From Mobula hypostoma (lineage: Eukaryota), in NCBI RefSeq assembly GCF_963921235.1, contig NC_086097.1, positions 35,156,001 to 35,220,000 of the forward strand: a DNA stretch of 64,000 nt, in the 5' to 3' direction. Each line of letters begins with the position of its first letter. The first letter of the stretch is position 1. A model generated the notes under the pieces. The model had not been told where the DNA came from. It did not search any database and worked only from the letters and a program-made list of their open reading frames with translations. A program made the position numbers and the translations under genes. Positions 39,432 through 53,915 of this stretch are shown one piece after another.

Positions 39432-40534
39432 GAAAGGAAGGGGGAAGATACCAGAACAGAAACTTTTGCTCATCTTAGCTAAATTTACAACATCTCAAAA
39501 GGCCATAACATCTTCCACCCTGAAGGAAGTGTATTGCGACAATAACCTCGCAAGGGGGATATATTTTAACAAGAAGTGGGTCCTTTAGCAACTAGTAAGC
39601 TCCTTATTTCTCAGCTACCTTGAAGGTTCTCAGGAGCTGTAAAGTAACATACCTGTTGATGCACATTATACTTCAACCATAAATAAAGTTGTGGAATGGT
39701 AGTTTTTAAACCATTGAATAATATAGCATGCAACTTAGAGAGGAAAATCACTGTCTGCAGGTTCATACCCAAACTGTCCTGACACAGATGCATTGTATTG
39801 TTCTTTCAGCATTACCTGGACTCAATAGTGGAACTCTCTACCAGAGAGCTCTGAGGGAGAATGTTCATCACGTTTCATGTTCATCTTTGTTCAGGCTCCA
39901 TGGGTTAATTAGAAATGGACAGTATAAGTGTTCATGGGTTTATGGACCGTTCAGAAATTTGGTGGCGAAGGGAAGAAGCTGTCTTCAGGCTCCTGTACCT
40001 CCTTCCTGATGGTAGTAAGGAGAAGAGGCCATGCTCTTGGTGGTGGGGTCCTTAATGATCGATGCAAATCGCGTAAAAGTCACTCCTTAACAACAATGCT
40101 GAAAACATTAGTAATAAATGTAAAATTAATCAAAGCCACAGGGATAATGCCAGACTTAATTTGAACCTTATTTCTTTTGTGAAAATTGTAGGTAACATCT
40201 ACAGATGATGTCTTATTTTTGCATTAGTTTGGAAAGACCTGATTAAATTGGGTAGTAAATGAAAGTAAGTAAATCAGATCTGTTTTGCACCAGCATTTCT
40301 TCCGGTTCCATTTCTGAATGAAGCATTGTTAGTCGGATAAAACACAAACATTTCATGCAGAGTGACAGCATGATTTATGAGTAGAGTATATTAAAGCAAG
40401 TTCTCAGCTACAAAAACCCATGCATTGAAATCGTGAGGCTATTGTGTGTATCATTAACAATAAAAATGTTAAAGATTACACCTCCATTTTCTCTTTGGTC
40501 AATATCAATTTAACTGGTTTCAATATGTTGAATA

Positions 40535-41753
40535 CTCTCAGTGGCCACTCTATTAGGTGCACCCGCTTGTGAATACAAATACCTAGTCAGCCAGTCATGT
40601 GGCAGCAGCTAAAAGGCATACAAGTATGCGGATGTGGTTAAGCAGTTCAGTTGCTGTTCAGGCCAAACATCAGAATGGGGAAGAAATGTGATCAAAGTGA
40701 TCTTGACCATGGACAATGTTCTCTCTAAGGTGAGCCCCATGTGTGCACAGATGCATCTTTTGCTGCTAGCACAAAGGGACTTAAACTGCGCACAAGAAGT
40801 TGTCACTCTCCACCTCGTTGGCATGTTAAGTACATTTCATGACTGTACACAATCGCGTTTCCTTTTCCGGTTTCTCATGCAGACGGTGTTGGTAATGTGG
40901 CGTTTGCGATGATTTGTCTGCAGACTTTAGGATGGGCTTATTTATACTGCTCTTATTGAAGACATTATTGGTTAACTATGTTGAATTCTAAAGAAGCAAA
41001 GGGTGTGAAGTGCGAAAGAACTGCTAGTTCATTTAAAGTGGAATGGCTTAATGAAACAGTAGACACTGCTACACCGAAAGCTCATGAGGTCAGGAGAGTG
41101 CAGCTAGGAGAAATATTTATGTGTAATACAGAAACTGGGGTTACCTGTGTGTATTATTGTGATGCAAAAGTTGTTGGAGAATTTGCAAATGGAAGAAGTG
41201 GAGTGATATTTGGAAACTTGACTTTTAAAGTGCCATTTAGCAAACAAATCACATATGGATGGTGTGCAAAAGCTCTTAAGTTCTTATTGACAATGTTTTG
41301 CTAGCTGTTAAAATGAATATATATAAAATTCAGTGTGCACATGTTGCTGTCACTAGGCAAAAAGTTACACAGCACAAGGTTTTTACGCACACTAGGCATT
41401 ACAAGTCAGAGGGAACATGGACCATGGAATGATTGTTGGTGCCAGACAGGGTGACTTGAGAATATCAGAAACAGATGATTTTCTGGGATTTTCACATACA
41501 AGTCTCTCGAGTTTACAGAGAGCAGTAGAAAAAAAAAATCCAGTGAACAGCAGTTCTGTGCACGAAACCTGACAGGAAGGCTATAATAACTCAAATAACA
41601 ATGTATTTCAACAATGGTGTGCAGAAGAGCATCTTTGAAAGCACAACATGTCGTACTTTGAAGTTGGTGGGCTACAGCAGCAGAAGATCATGCACATACG
41701 CTCATTGGCCTCTATTAGGTACAAAGGGTACCTAATAAATTGACCACTGTGTG
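40535..41753. mobile_element. Non-autonomous Tc1/mariner element split by a hAT insertion
   Basis: TIRs ctctcagtggccactctattaggt / acctaataaattgaccactgtgtg. Confidence 0.75.
40714..41420 (+). mobile_element. Non-autonomous hAT DNA transposon
   Basis: Perfect 8-bp TSD accatgga (40706-13 and 41421-28); TIRs caatgttctctctaa / tcagagggaacatgg; residual N-terminal zinc-finger-like ORF 40978-41304. Confidence 0.88.
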
Positions 41754-41764
41754 TTTAATTTAAC

Positions 41765-44700
41765 TAGACCATAAGATATAGTAGAAGCAGAATTAGGCCA
41801 CTTGGCCCATCGAGTTTGTTCTGTCATTTCATCATGACTGATCCATTTCCCCCTCAGCCCCAATCTCATGCCCTGACTAATCAAGAATGTATCAATCTCT
41901 GACTTAAAGAACGGTTCTCTTGACTGGTCTTCCGGTCAAGATGGCATCTGAGTACAACACTGATTTGAATGACATATTCTGAATAGATCACAAAATCAAA
42001 TATTTCATTTCTTTTTTGTCTGTTATGTTTGTGGTTCTGGGACTGTTGGAGTCTATGATATACTGTTTGGAGATCATTTGAGTGCTCCAGTGGCTCTGAG
42101 AGGATTGCAGGAGGCAGAGGCAGCGTGCGTGAACCTCAAGGCATGCAGGCTGTGGGATGGGGCGCGAGCCAACATTCCACTATATTTCGTCGATATAAAG
42201 CTTCCATCGTTTGCTGATTAAAGCAACAAGAGAGACTGAAACACCGAGACAAATGCGAAAGTTTGGGGATCACTTGGGTGCTTCAGCACTCTGCAGTCTC
42301 CGAGAGAATTCTGGGAGACAGAGGCAGTGTGCGCATACCTCATGGTGGGCAAGATGTGGGACTGGGTGCAAGCCAATGTTTGACTCCACTTTACTGATTG
42401 AAGCTTCCATTGTGCAATGAGGGAGACTGACGCATTGAAGTGAGTGTGGAGGGTAAGTGCCTGCTGCCTACCCTTTGACTGCTGAGGACCGTACTGCTAC
42501 AGTACCGGAGAGGGAGAGCCAGCCGGTGTGGCCCGAGAATGTTGCCCAGGTTTTCTGTGTTTTGGATGTGGACTTGGACTATAGACTTTTTTTTTTACCC
42601 AGTCTCAATCTTTTTTTTATATTCTGTGTATTTTGCCCGATCTTTCTCGTTTCTTTTTGTGCAGGTGGAGAGGGGTGGATCTGGGGGTTGATGTGCCTGT
42701 TCTGTTTTGTTTTTTTTTAACTGGAGGAAGGATTTGGGTGTTGATGATCATGCTGCCTTTCTTTTATTTCTTGGTTTCATAGCTGCCCAGAGAAGAAGAA
42801 TTTCAGAATTGTATTTTTCAATAATAAATGAACCTTTGAAACTTTGAATTATACCTAGTGACTTTGTCTCCATAGCTGCCTGTGGCAATGAATTCCACAG
42901 ATTCACCACTTCCTGGCTAAAGAAATGTTTCCTCATCTCCATTATAAATGGACATGCCTCTATCAGTGCCCTCTGGTCCTAGACTCCCCCACCATAGGAA
43001 ACACCCTTTCAAAATTCGATATGTTTTAATGAGATCTCCCTCATCCTTCTGAATTCCAGTGAGTACAGGCCCAGAACCATCAACTGGTCCTCATCTGGTA
43101 ACCTTTTCTTTCCTGTAATCATTCTCATGACCTCCTCTGTACCCTCTCCAATGTCAACACATCTGCTTGTATAGATAAGGGGCCCAAAACTGCTCACAAT
43201 ATTCCAGGTGAGCCCTTACCAGTGCTTTTTAAAGCCTCATTGGCGTATGGCATAAACAGAAGCGGTTCCGACAGACTCCTGGGGAACACTACTAGTCACC
43301 GGCTGCCAATCAGAAAAGGCTCCCTTTATTCCCATTCTTTGCTTTCTGCCAATCAGCTAATGCTCTATCCATGCTACTATTTTCCCTGTAATACTATGGG
43401 CTCTTAACTTGTTCAGCAGCCCCATACGTGACACCTTGTCAAAAGCCTCTGAAAATCCATGTACACAACATCCACTGATTCTCATTTGTCTATTCCGCTT
43501 GTTATTTCTTCAAAGACTTGCAACAGATTTTTCAGGCAAGATTTTCCCTTATGGAAACCATGCTGACTTCAGCCTATTTAATTGTGTGCCCCCAAGCACC
43601 CTAAAACCACATCCTTAATAAACGACTCCAGCATCTTCCCAACCACTGAGGGCAGACTAACTGGCCTATAATCTCCCTTCTTCTGCCTCTCTCGCTTCTT
43701 GAAGTGTGAAGTGACATCTGCAATTTTCCAGTCCTCCAGAACCATGCCATAATCAATAGATTCTTGAAAGATCATTACTAATGCCTCCACAATCTCTTCA
43801 GCCACCTCTTTCAGAACCCTGTGGTGTAGACCATCTGGTCCAGGTGACTTTTCTACCTTCAGACCTTTCAGTTCCTCCCCAGTAATGGCAACTTCACAAA
43901 CTTATGCCCCCTGACCCTCACAAACTTCTGGCATACAGCTGGTGTCTTCCACAGTGAGGACTGATGCAAAATATTCATTTAGTTTATCTGCTATTTCCTT
44001 GTCCACATTATTACCTCTCCAGCATCGTTTTCCAGTGCTCCAATATCTACCCTTTCTTCTCTTTCACTCTTTATACATCTGATGAAACTTTTGGTATCCT
44101 CTTTAATATTATTGGCTAGCTTATTCCATCTTTTCCCTCTTTGACTTTTTAGTTGCCTTTTGTTGGTTTTTAAAAGCTTCCCAAACCTCTAATTTGCCAC
44201 TAATTTTTGCTCTATTATATATGCTTTCTTCAGCTTTTATATTGGCTTCCCTTTTCAGTCCTGGTGGTGTCAACCTGCCTTCAGAATACTTCTTCTTTGA
44301 GGCGTATCTATCCTGCTTCTTCCAAATTGCTCCCAGAACCACCAGCTATTGATGTTCTGCCATCATCCTTCCCAGTGTCCCCTTCCAATCAACCTAGGCC
44401 AGCTCTTCTGTCATTTCTCTGTAATTCCCTTTACTCCACGGTAATGCCGATTTCCCCCCCCCCATCTCAAATTGCAGGGTGAATTCCAATATTTTATGAT
44501 CACTCATCCCCTAAGGATTCCTTTACCTTAAGCTCTCTCATCATTTCTAGTTTATTGCACAACATGCAGTCCAGAATAACTGATCCACTAGTGGGCTCAA
44601 CCATGAGCTGCTCTAAAAAGCCATCTTGTAGGCATCCTACAAACTCCCACTCTTAGGATCCAAAACCAGCCTTATTTTCCCAATCTACCTGTATACTGAA

Positions 44701-45120
44701 ATCTCCCATGACTCTCATGACATCGCCCTTTTGACATGCCTTTTCTTTTCCTGTTGTATTTGGGTACCTCATCTTTGCTACTTTTCAGAGGGGTGTAAAT
44801 GCTTTCATCAGTATCTTTTCACCCTTGTAGGTTCTTAGTTCTACCCACAAGGATTCTACACCTTTCAATCCTGTATCGTCTCTTTCTAAGGATTTGATTT
44901 CATTTTCCACCATCAGTCCCCTCAATCTGCCTGTCCTTTCGATACAATGTGTATCCTTAGACGTTAAGCTCCCAACTATAATCTTTCAACCATGACTTGG
45001 TGAAGCCCACAACATCATACCTGCCAATCTCTAACTTTGCTGCAAGTTCATCTACCTTATTCCATATACTGCGCACATTCAAATATAACACCTTCAATCC
45101 TGTATTCACCACTCTTTCTG
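41765..45120 (-). mobile_element. Older CR1 LINE covering most of ORF2, decayed, interrupted at 41909-42847
   Basis: EDWKIADVT..DYRPVSL..VGKMLES; CR1 3' tail at 41765. Confidence 0.85.
41909..42847 (+). mobile_element. Non-coding LINE-derived element with an internal diverged duplication
   Basis: ccggtcaagatggc head; aataaatgaacctttgaaactttga tail. Confidence 0.55.
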
Positions 45121-45929
45121 ATTGCATATGTTTTCATCAGTTCAATGAATCATTGGAAATAAGAAAATGTAATTATATTTTATTAAAGCTGATCATTTCT
45201 ATGTTAGTGAAGCTTGTTCTTAAATACAGATACTATTGCAAGAGAGGTATATTTTCTGGTTGCAGTACCATTGAAATTTAAGTAAAATGGAATGGCACCA
45301 TGTTCATATTTTGGATCTGATTATGTTCATTGTTTTCTTTAGTGTGGCTCACTTAGATTTAATAGTTTCATATCATTAATCCTGATTTGTACAGACTGCT
45401 TTTGCTCACTGTCTTGTACTGAGCAGTTCATCTATTTCTCTATAACTTCATGATCCAAATATTAGATTTGCATAAACCCAGTAAGACTTAAATGCACCTT
45501 TTTATTGATAAATAATATGAATTTTGCTTGTGAGTTATCTTAAGTGTCCTTGCACTGAATGACTGTAATTGCAAGCTTCATGTAGCTAATGGTCTGTGTA
45601 ATGCAATCAATTGGCATTTTCATCTGCTTGAATATAAGCTGTTTCCTTCATCATATTTTGTAAATATGTCATCCAATGCTGAATTGAAAGGAAATGAGAT
45701 GTGAAATCCCACATAAATTGTTCCACTCACTGGCAGAATTAAAATAAGAAACATTAAGAAAATGCCATTTGATTTTGTTACAGCTTGTCACATCGAATGT
45801 TTATTTTTGTCCCTGCTTTATTAAAATCACAAAAGATGTGTCTTCGACTCCCTATATGGCATCTATAAATTGAGGGTTAGTTGCATTTTATCTACACTAC
45901 CACATATCACCAGAGTAAATAATTTCACT

Positions 45930-46203
45930 GTACTGATTCAACAACCTGTGGACTCACTTTCAAGGTCTCTTCAACTCATGTTCTCAATACTATTTATTGC
46001 TTATTTATCATCATTATTTTGTTTTACTTTTTGTATTTACACTATTTGTCATCTTTTGAACATTGGTTATTTGCTCGTCTCTATGTGCAGGTTTCATTGA
46101 TTATGTTGTGCTTCTTTGTGTCCCCTGTGAATGCCCACAAGAAAGTGAATCTCAGGGTAGTATGTAGTAACATATACATTGACAATAAATTTACTTTGAA
46201 CTT
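45930..46203 (+). mobile_element. Rex1/Babar-type 3' UTR fragment
   Basis: gcccacaagaaagtgaatctcagggt..aataaatttactttgaacttt. Confidence 0.75.
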
Positions 46204-48214
46204 TATTACTTACCACTATAAATATTGAATTGTGGATCCTGTTTATTGATTACCCTACTCCAAAATGATTACCAAAGGAGTAAAATAAACAGAAGAGTTG
46301 GAAGTATTCAGCAGGTCAAGCAGCATCTGAAGAAAGAGAAACAGTGTTAAATAAGTTTCATTTCAAAGACTCTTCTATGAGTTTTCCAGCAGCTGCAGTT
46401 AGTTTTATATTTTCATTATGCCACATTGACTTTTGTATTAAAACTGGGATAATTAGAACAGTGTCATTTGTATTCCTTCATCCGTATTTTATGAACATCA
46501 TAAGCTTTTGCTACACTAAATTCACAATTTATTTTATGTGAGCCATGTTTCTGAAGTTTGATTCTCTGGACGTCAATGTTCAATGATCTGAATATTCAAT
46601 AGCTGATTATTGTTGGACACTTAACCAAGAAGCTTCAGACACTGAGTAGAAATGGAAATCATCAACAAAACATTTTTAGTTTAGTTGAACTATTGCAGTG
46701 TCAGCACCATGAATATTTAAGCACAAAATTTGTTTTCCAGTGTTAGTAGAGAAAAGGACCATGAGTTAGTTTTCCCTGTGTGAAGGTTCAATATACATGA
46801 ATTCAAAATACATCTACCTTGACATTTCCTTTGACATCCTGAACATTTTCCAGCCTTTCTTCCAGATAAGGCAAATATTGGAACCTACATTTGTTTAATC
46901 AGAGGCTATCATCTATGCAGTCTGGAGTTTAATTTTATAAGTAGGTCCTTATTCACTCCGAAACTGTAGTGTCTTCTGAAAACTGGGAATCCTTAACATT
47001 CATTGGTGTTTCTTCTGTCAATGGAAAAATGACTGACAACTTGCCTTGATTGTCGTGCTTTGCCATTGAAGAGCCACTTATTAATATGTTGACTTGCAAC
47101 TAATCAGCCACCAGCTTGTTCTTCTGCCCTGTGGTGGGAGGGTAATCTGATGAAATGGAGATTGGTTTAAAAGATATGACTTCCAAAATTTGTTGGAAGT
47201 GAGCTCTCCAAGTTTTTGGGTGGACGTGGGCTGTGGCACCACAGCCCTGACACTGCCGCACTTGGAAAACTGAGCTGAAGCTTTGTTCCTGAGAGATCTG
47301 GAACCAGAAAATGGTTTGATTTTCAAGCTTTTAAGCAGTTTCCCTCTACCTAAATGAAGCTTCTGTTTTTGTAAAAATGGAAAACAACTTATTTTAGAAA
47401 ATATGTCCATTTATAATATTAAAAGTATCAGAATAATATTTTGTTAACATTGGCACCCTTACCACTCCAAGCCACAAAAAAGTTCCCCCAAGCTTCTACC
47501 ACTTAGCTTCTGAAAACATTTTCAAACTTTACCTTAAGTTCATGATTTTGTTTCTAACTTGCCACGTATCCATGGTAATTTAAAAGATAAATGAAACATA
47601 ATAAGATTGGTATAGCCCCTGCAGAAGAAGCCCAATCCTGTTCTTTGTTTAAAGTGTTCTGCCAAATCATAGGAGCAACACTGCATAACCATTATGGATT
47701 ATGTGTTGTGATCTCTGGAGAAATGGGAGAAATGAATCCTAACTGATCTTAATTTGTAAGCACAGACAAGCAATCTGTAAGGCATTAAACCCTAGCTGCT
47801 GGTATCTAAACATCCTGAAAGGCTTTCCATTGAGGTCTTAGGCTCACCACTTTTTATTGTGAAAGGCACCTGTAAATACTGCCTAGAATTATGTTAGTAT
47901 GCACTCTGAATAAAATATTGATGACTTGCTCTCTGTCCTAGCTCTTTTCAGCTAGATTTCAATGATTTCTCTTTTCCTCTATGCAGCCATTATCTATTTT
48001 ATGTTGGAAGGTCCTATTCATCATTTCCACCAGACCATTTTGTGTGGCCACAGCCAATTAACACCCCACTGTGTTATAATAAGCTACAGCTCCCTCTTAC
48101 AGTTTAATTATGTTTAACCGCCTAAAAGGGCCAACTATAATCAGGTGTTCACCATACTGCATTATGCCATCTTCAAACAAGAAACTGTCCATTTCAAATC
48201 ATAGTCGGAGACTT

Positions 48215-50918
48215 TAGAACATAGAACATAGAATAGTACAGCACAGTACAGGCCCTTCGGTCCACAATGTTGTGCCGACCCTCAAACCCTGCCTCCCATA
48301 TAAGCCCCCACCTTAAATTCCTCCATATACCTCTCTAGTAGTCTCTTAAATCTCACTAGTGTATCTGCCTCCACCACTGACTAAGGCAGTGCATTCCACA
48401 CACCAACCACTCTCTGAGTAAAAAACCTTCCTCTAATATCCCCCGTGAACTTCCCACCCCTTACCTTAAAGCCATGTCCTCTTGTACTGAGCAGTGGTGC
48501 CCTGGGGAAGAGGCGCTGGCTATCCACTCTATCTATTCCTCTTAATGTCTTGTATATCTCTATCATGTCTCCTATCATACTCCTTCTCTCCAAAGAGTAA
48601 AGCCCGAGCTCCCTTAATCTCTGATCATAATGCATACTTTCTAAACCAGGCAGCATCCTGGTAAATCTCCTCTGTACCCTTTCCAATGCTTCCACATCCT
48701 TCCTATAGTGAGGTGACCAGAACTGGACGCAGTATTCCAAGTGTGGCCTAACCAGAGTTTTATAGACTCTTAAACTCTATCCCTCGACTTATGAAAGCTA
48801 ACACTCCATAAGCTTTCTTAACTACTCTATCCACCTGTGAGGCAACTTTCAGGGATCTGTGGACATGTACCCTGAGATCCCTCTGCTCCTCCACACTACC
48901 AAGTATCCTGCCATTTACTTTGTACTCTGCCTTGGAGTTTGTCCCTCCAAAGTGTACCACCTCACACTTCTCCGGGTTGAACTCCATCTGCCACTTCTGA
49001 GCCCACTTCTGCATCCTATCAATGTCTCTCTGCAATCTTTGACAATCCTCTACACTATCTACAACACCACCAACCTTTGTGTCACCTGCAAACTTGCCAA
49101 CCCACCCTTCTACCCCCACATCCAGGTCGTTAATAAAAATCACGAAAATAGAGGTCCCAGAACTGATCCTTGTGGGACACCACTAGTCACAATCCTCCAA
49201 TCTGAATGTACTCCCTCTACCACGACCCTCTGCCTTCTGCAGGCAAGCCAATTCTGAATCCACCTGGCCAAACTTCCCTGGATCCCATGCCTTCTAACTT
49301 TCTGAATAAGCCTACCGTGTGGAGCCTTGTCAAATGCCTTACTAAAATCCATATAGATCACATCCACTGCATTACCCTCATCTATATGCCTGGTCACCTC
49401 CTCAAAGAACTCTATCAGGCTTGTTAGACACGATCTGCCCTTCACAAAGCCATGCTGACTGTCCCTGATCAGACCATGATTCTCTAAATGCCTATAGATC
49501 CTATCTCTAAGAATCTTTTCCAACAGCTTTCCCACCACAGACATAAGGCTCACTGGTCTATAATTACCTGGACTATCCCTACTACCTTGTTTGAACAAGG
49601 GGACAACGTTCGCCTCCCTCCAATCCTCCGGTACCATTCCCGTGGACAATGAGGACATAAAGATCCTAGCCAGAGGCTCAGCAATCTCTTCTCTCGCCTC
49701 GTGGAACAGCCTGGGGAATATTCCGTCAGGCCCCGGGGACTTAGCCATCCTAATGTATTTTAACAACTCCAACACCTCCTCTCCCTTAATATCAACATGC
49801 TCCAGAACATCAACCTCACTCATATTGTCCTCACCATCATCAAGTTCCCTCTCATTGGTGAATACCAAAGAGAAGTATTCATTGAGGACTTCGCTCACTT
49901 CCACAGCCTCCAGGCACATCTTCCCACCTTTATCTCTAATCTGTCCTACCTTCATTCCTGCCATCCTTTTTTTCTTCACATAATTGAAGAATGCCTTGGG
50001 GTTTTCCTTTACCCTACTCGCCAAGGCCTTCTCATGCCCCCTTCTTGCTCTTCTCAGCCCCTTCTTAAGCTCCTTTCTTGCTTCCCTATATTCCTCAATA
50101 GACCCATCTGATCCTTGCTTCCTAAACCTCATGTATGCTGCCTTCTTCCACCTGACTAGATTTTCCACCTCACTTGTCACCCATGGTTCCTTCACCCTAC
50201 CATTCTTTATCTTCCTCACCAGGACAAATTTATCCCTAACATCCCACAAGAGATCTCTAAACATCGACCACATATCCATAGTATATTTCCCTGAAAAAAC
50301 ATCATCCCAATTCACACCCGCAAGTTCTAGCCTTATAGCCTCATAATTTGCCTCTTCCCAATTAAAAATTTTCCTGTCCTCTCTGATTCTATCCTTTTCC
50401 ATGATAATGCTAAAGGCCAGGGAGCGGTGGTCAGTGTCCCCCAGATGCTTACCCATTGAGAGATCTGTGACCTGACCCGGTTCATTACCTAGTACTAGAT
50501 CTAGTATGGCATTCCCCCTTGTTGGCCTGTCCACATGCTGTGACAGGAATCCATCCTGGACACACTTAACAAACTCTGCCCCATCCAAACCCTTGGAACT
50601 AATTAGGTGCCAATCAATATTAGGGAAGTTAAAGTCACCCATGATAACAACCCTGTTATATTTGCACCTTTCCAAAATCTGCCTCCCAATCTGCTCCTTT
50701 GTATCTCTGCTGCTACCAGGGGGCCTATAGAATACCCCCAGAAGAGTAACTGCTCCCTTCCTGTTCCTGACTTCCACCCATACTGACTCAAAAGAGGATC
50801 CTGCTACATTACCCACCCTTTCTGTAGCTGTAGTAGTATCCCTGACCAGTAATGCCTCCCCTCCTCCTCTTTTTCCGCCCTCTCTATCCCTTTTAAAGCA
50901 CTGAAATCCAGGAATATT
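48215..50918 (-). mobile_element. Young CR1 LINE (endonuclease + RT, 5'-truncated) with a 7-bp TSD
   Basis: 558-aa open frame (GVFYRPP, MGDFNFP, ILDLV, DFSKAFD); TSD gagactt at 48208-14 and 50919-25. Confidence 0.96.
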
Positions 50919-53320
50919 GAGACTTCAGTTAGGCTTGTTTGAGAAAATCCTGCCTGATTGCCATCAGCATGTAACCCGTAGCACCAGAGTTCCCGATGTA
51001 CTAGACCACAGTTATATTATGATAAGGAAAGCCTACCGTTCCATGCAGATTGGCTGCCCTTCTACCTGCATTCAGTCAGGGTCTGAAGAGCAATGCTCCA
51101 CAGCTTAGGACAACAAAGAGGTGGTTGTGACAGGCAGCGGAACGGCTATGGGGTTGTTTCCAGCTGCTGGACTGGGCTATGTTCAAGGACGCATCTGTGG
51201 ATCTGCATGAATACACTGTGGTTGTCACAGACTTTATTAAAACAGTTGTAGATGAGTGTGTCCCACAAAATCATTCAGAGTCTTCCCCAATCAGGAGCCC
51301 TGTATGAACCACGAGATACGCAATCTGCTGAAGGCCGGATCAGAGGCATTCAAGACTGGCAACCAAGAAAGTTATAAGAGGTCCGCGTGCTACCTCTGGA
51401 AAGCCACCTCATGTGCAAAGTTCCAGTTCCAAACCATACTTGAATCAATGAAGGATGCTTGACAGTTGTGTCAGGGTTTGAATACTATCACCTCTTTAAA
51501 GTAAAATCAAGCAATATGGGAGACAGCAGGGCTTTGCTTCCGAATGTGCTCAATTCCTTCTATGCTTGCTTTGACCATTGGAAACTGGGAGGATCCATCA
51601 CAAACTTCCACTTTCCTCGATGATCCTATGGCTTCAGTCTCTGAAACTGACGTGCTGGTAGCCTTCAGGAGGGTGAACCCACGAAAAGCCTTCAGCTCAT
51701 TTGGGGCATCTGCTCAGTTACTAAAGACCTGGGCTGATCGGCTGGCTATTGTGTTTAGTGAGGTCTTTAACCTCTCGGCAGTGTGTGGTACTTGCCTGCT
51801 TCAAGCAGGCTTCAATTATACCCGTGCCCAAGAGCAGTGTGGAGACGTGCCTCAATGACTATCACACAATAGCACTTAATTTCACAGTGATGAAGCGTTT
51901 TGGGAAGATGGTGATGAAATATATCAGCTCCTCTGAGAAGCAACTTGGATCTGCTCCATTTTGCCTACTGGAGGAGCAGGTCCACAGCAGATGCCATCTC
52001 ATAGGCTCTTTACTCAACCCAGGAACATCTGGACAGCAAAGATGCATAGATCACGATACTCTTTATCAACTACAGCTGAGCATTCAGTACCATCATCGCC
52101 TCAGAACTACTCAGTAAAGCTCCAAATCCTTGGCCTCAGTACCTCCTTGTAGAATTGGATTCTGGGTTTTCTCACTTGTAGACTCCAGTCTGTTTGGATT
52201 GGCAACAACATTTCCTCCCTGATCTCCATCAGCACAGCCACAGCACAAGGCTGTGTGCTTCGTCACTCACTACTCTCCTGCTCTGCTCACTTTCCACTCG
52301 GGGCTGTGTGGCTAAACACAGCTCCAAAGCTATATTGAAGTTTGCTGATGACACCACTGTCATTGACTGAATCAGCATATAGGAGAGAGACTGAAGATCT
52401 GGCTGAGTGATGCCCCAACAACAACCTCTCATTCAATATCAGCAAGACAGAGGAGCTGATTATAGACTTAAAGAAGGAAATCGGAGGTCCATGAGCCAGT
52501 TCTCATTGGAGAATTAGAGGTGAAGAGGGTTAGCAAATTTAAATTCCTTGACGTTATTATTCTGGAGGACCTGTTCTGGGCCTGGCATGTAAGTGCAATT
52601 ACAAAGAAAGCATGGCGGTGCCTCTGCTTCCTTAGGAGTTTACGGTATTGGCATGATATCTAAAACTTTGACAAGCTTCTACAGATGTGTTGTGGGGAGT
52701 GTATTGATTGGCTGCATCACAGCCTGGTATGGAAACACCAATGCCATTGAATGCAAAATCCTACTAAAAGCAGTGGATATGGCCCAGTCCATTACGGGTA
52801 AAGCCCTCCCCACCTACCATTGATCGCATCTACATGAAATGCTGCCGCAGGAAAGCAGCGTCCATCATCAGGGTCACCTACCACCCCACTGTCCACCTCC
52901 CCACCATCCAGGATATGCTCTCCTCTCACTGCTGTCATCAGGGTGTAGGTACCAGAGCTTCAGGACTCACACCACCAGGTTCAGGAACAGTTACTACCCC
53001 TCAACCATCAGGCTGTTGAACCAAATAGGATAACTTCACTCAACTTCACTTACCCAATTATCGAAATGTTTCCATTGTCAATAACTGATTATCATGGACT
53101 TTTCATCTCATGTTTTTGATATTTATTATTATTATTATTATTATTTCTTGCTTTCTTATATTTGCACAGATTTTTGTCTTCTGCACTCTTTGGTGGTCTT
53201 TCATTGATTCCATTATGATTATTTTATAGCTTGATTGAGTATGCTCACAAGAAAATGAACCTCGGTGTTGTATATGGTGATCTATACAGTATGTACTTGA
53301 TAAAAATTGACCTTGAACTT
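50919..53320 (+). mobile_element. Decayed Rex1/Babar-type LINE (host of the CR1; its 5' stub is at about 48170-48214)
   Basis: Collinear with 23900-27760; KFADDTTV, TTRFRNSYYPSTIRLLN. Confidence 0.85.
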
Positions 53321-53808
53321 CGATAGGGGTGGTTGGGTGGGTCTAAGTAGAATGGTTGATCAGATTAACTGCACAGGGAAGAAACTTTAAGATGGTGTGA
53401 AGTTTTTCTTTTAATAGCCTAGTGTGCTGTCCAGTAGGGAGCTTTTGGAAAAGGTAGTTTGCAGACATATATGTATTTTGGTAATAAAATTTACTTTGAG
53501 TTTTGAACTTTCGATCCTCTCCAACTGGTAGTAGTAAAGACACTTTGGAAGGGTAACAGCATATTGTTCCTTGCTTCTGGGCACACATAATTGAAGTTCA
53601 GAAGTATTTTGAGGTAATCATCTTTATTGACTGAATCATGGAAATATTTATATAGTAATTTAGCTGTTCCCAATAGTAAATATTATTTTTCCTGCACTCT
53701 CAATGCAATACAATTCTAATTAAGATGAGGGGTACAATGCCAGCAAAAGAACGCACAGGTGATTTTCTAACATCGTAATTCTTCTCTCTCTCTTTTTGTA
53801 TTGCCTAG

Positions 53809-53915
53809 TTTCATGTACGGAGACCTAACAGATAAGAAGACCATAGACAAAGTCAGGCAAACATTTGACAACTATGAATCAAATTGCTTTGAAGTTCTTC
53901 TGTATCATAAAAACA
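53809..53915 (+). CDS. KCNH5: KCNH5 internal coding exon (exon 3 equivalent), PAS domain
   Basis: Acceptor ttgcctag, donor A|gtaagt. Translates (S)[35 protein letters not shown]. 107 bp. Joins the previous exon in frame (AG+T = Ser). TDKKT and [13 protein letters not shown] are KCNH5-type. Not in the ORF track. Confidence 0.95.

Noticed and set aside
46400..48150. Additional exon or nested gene in the repeat-poor stretch
   Set aside because: No recognisable protein similarity in its short ORFs, and exons 2 and 3 already join without a gap
49140..50816. Active autonomous CR1 ORF2
   Set aside because: 5'-truncated, frameshifted before the catalytic motif, FADD mutated to FAGD, with a further deletion downstream
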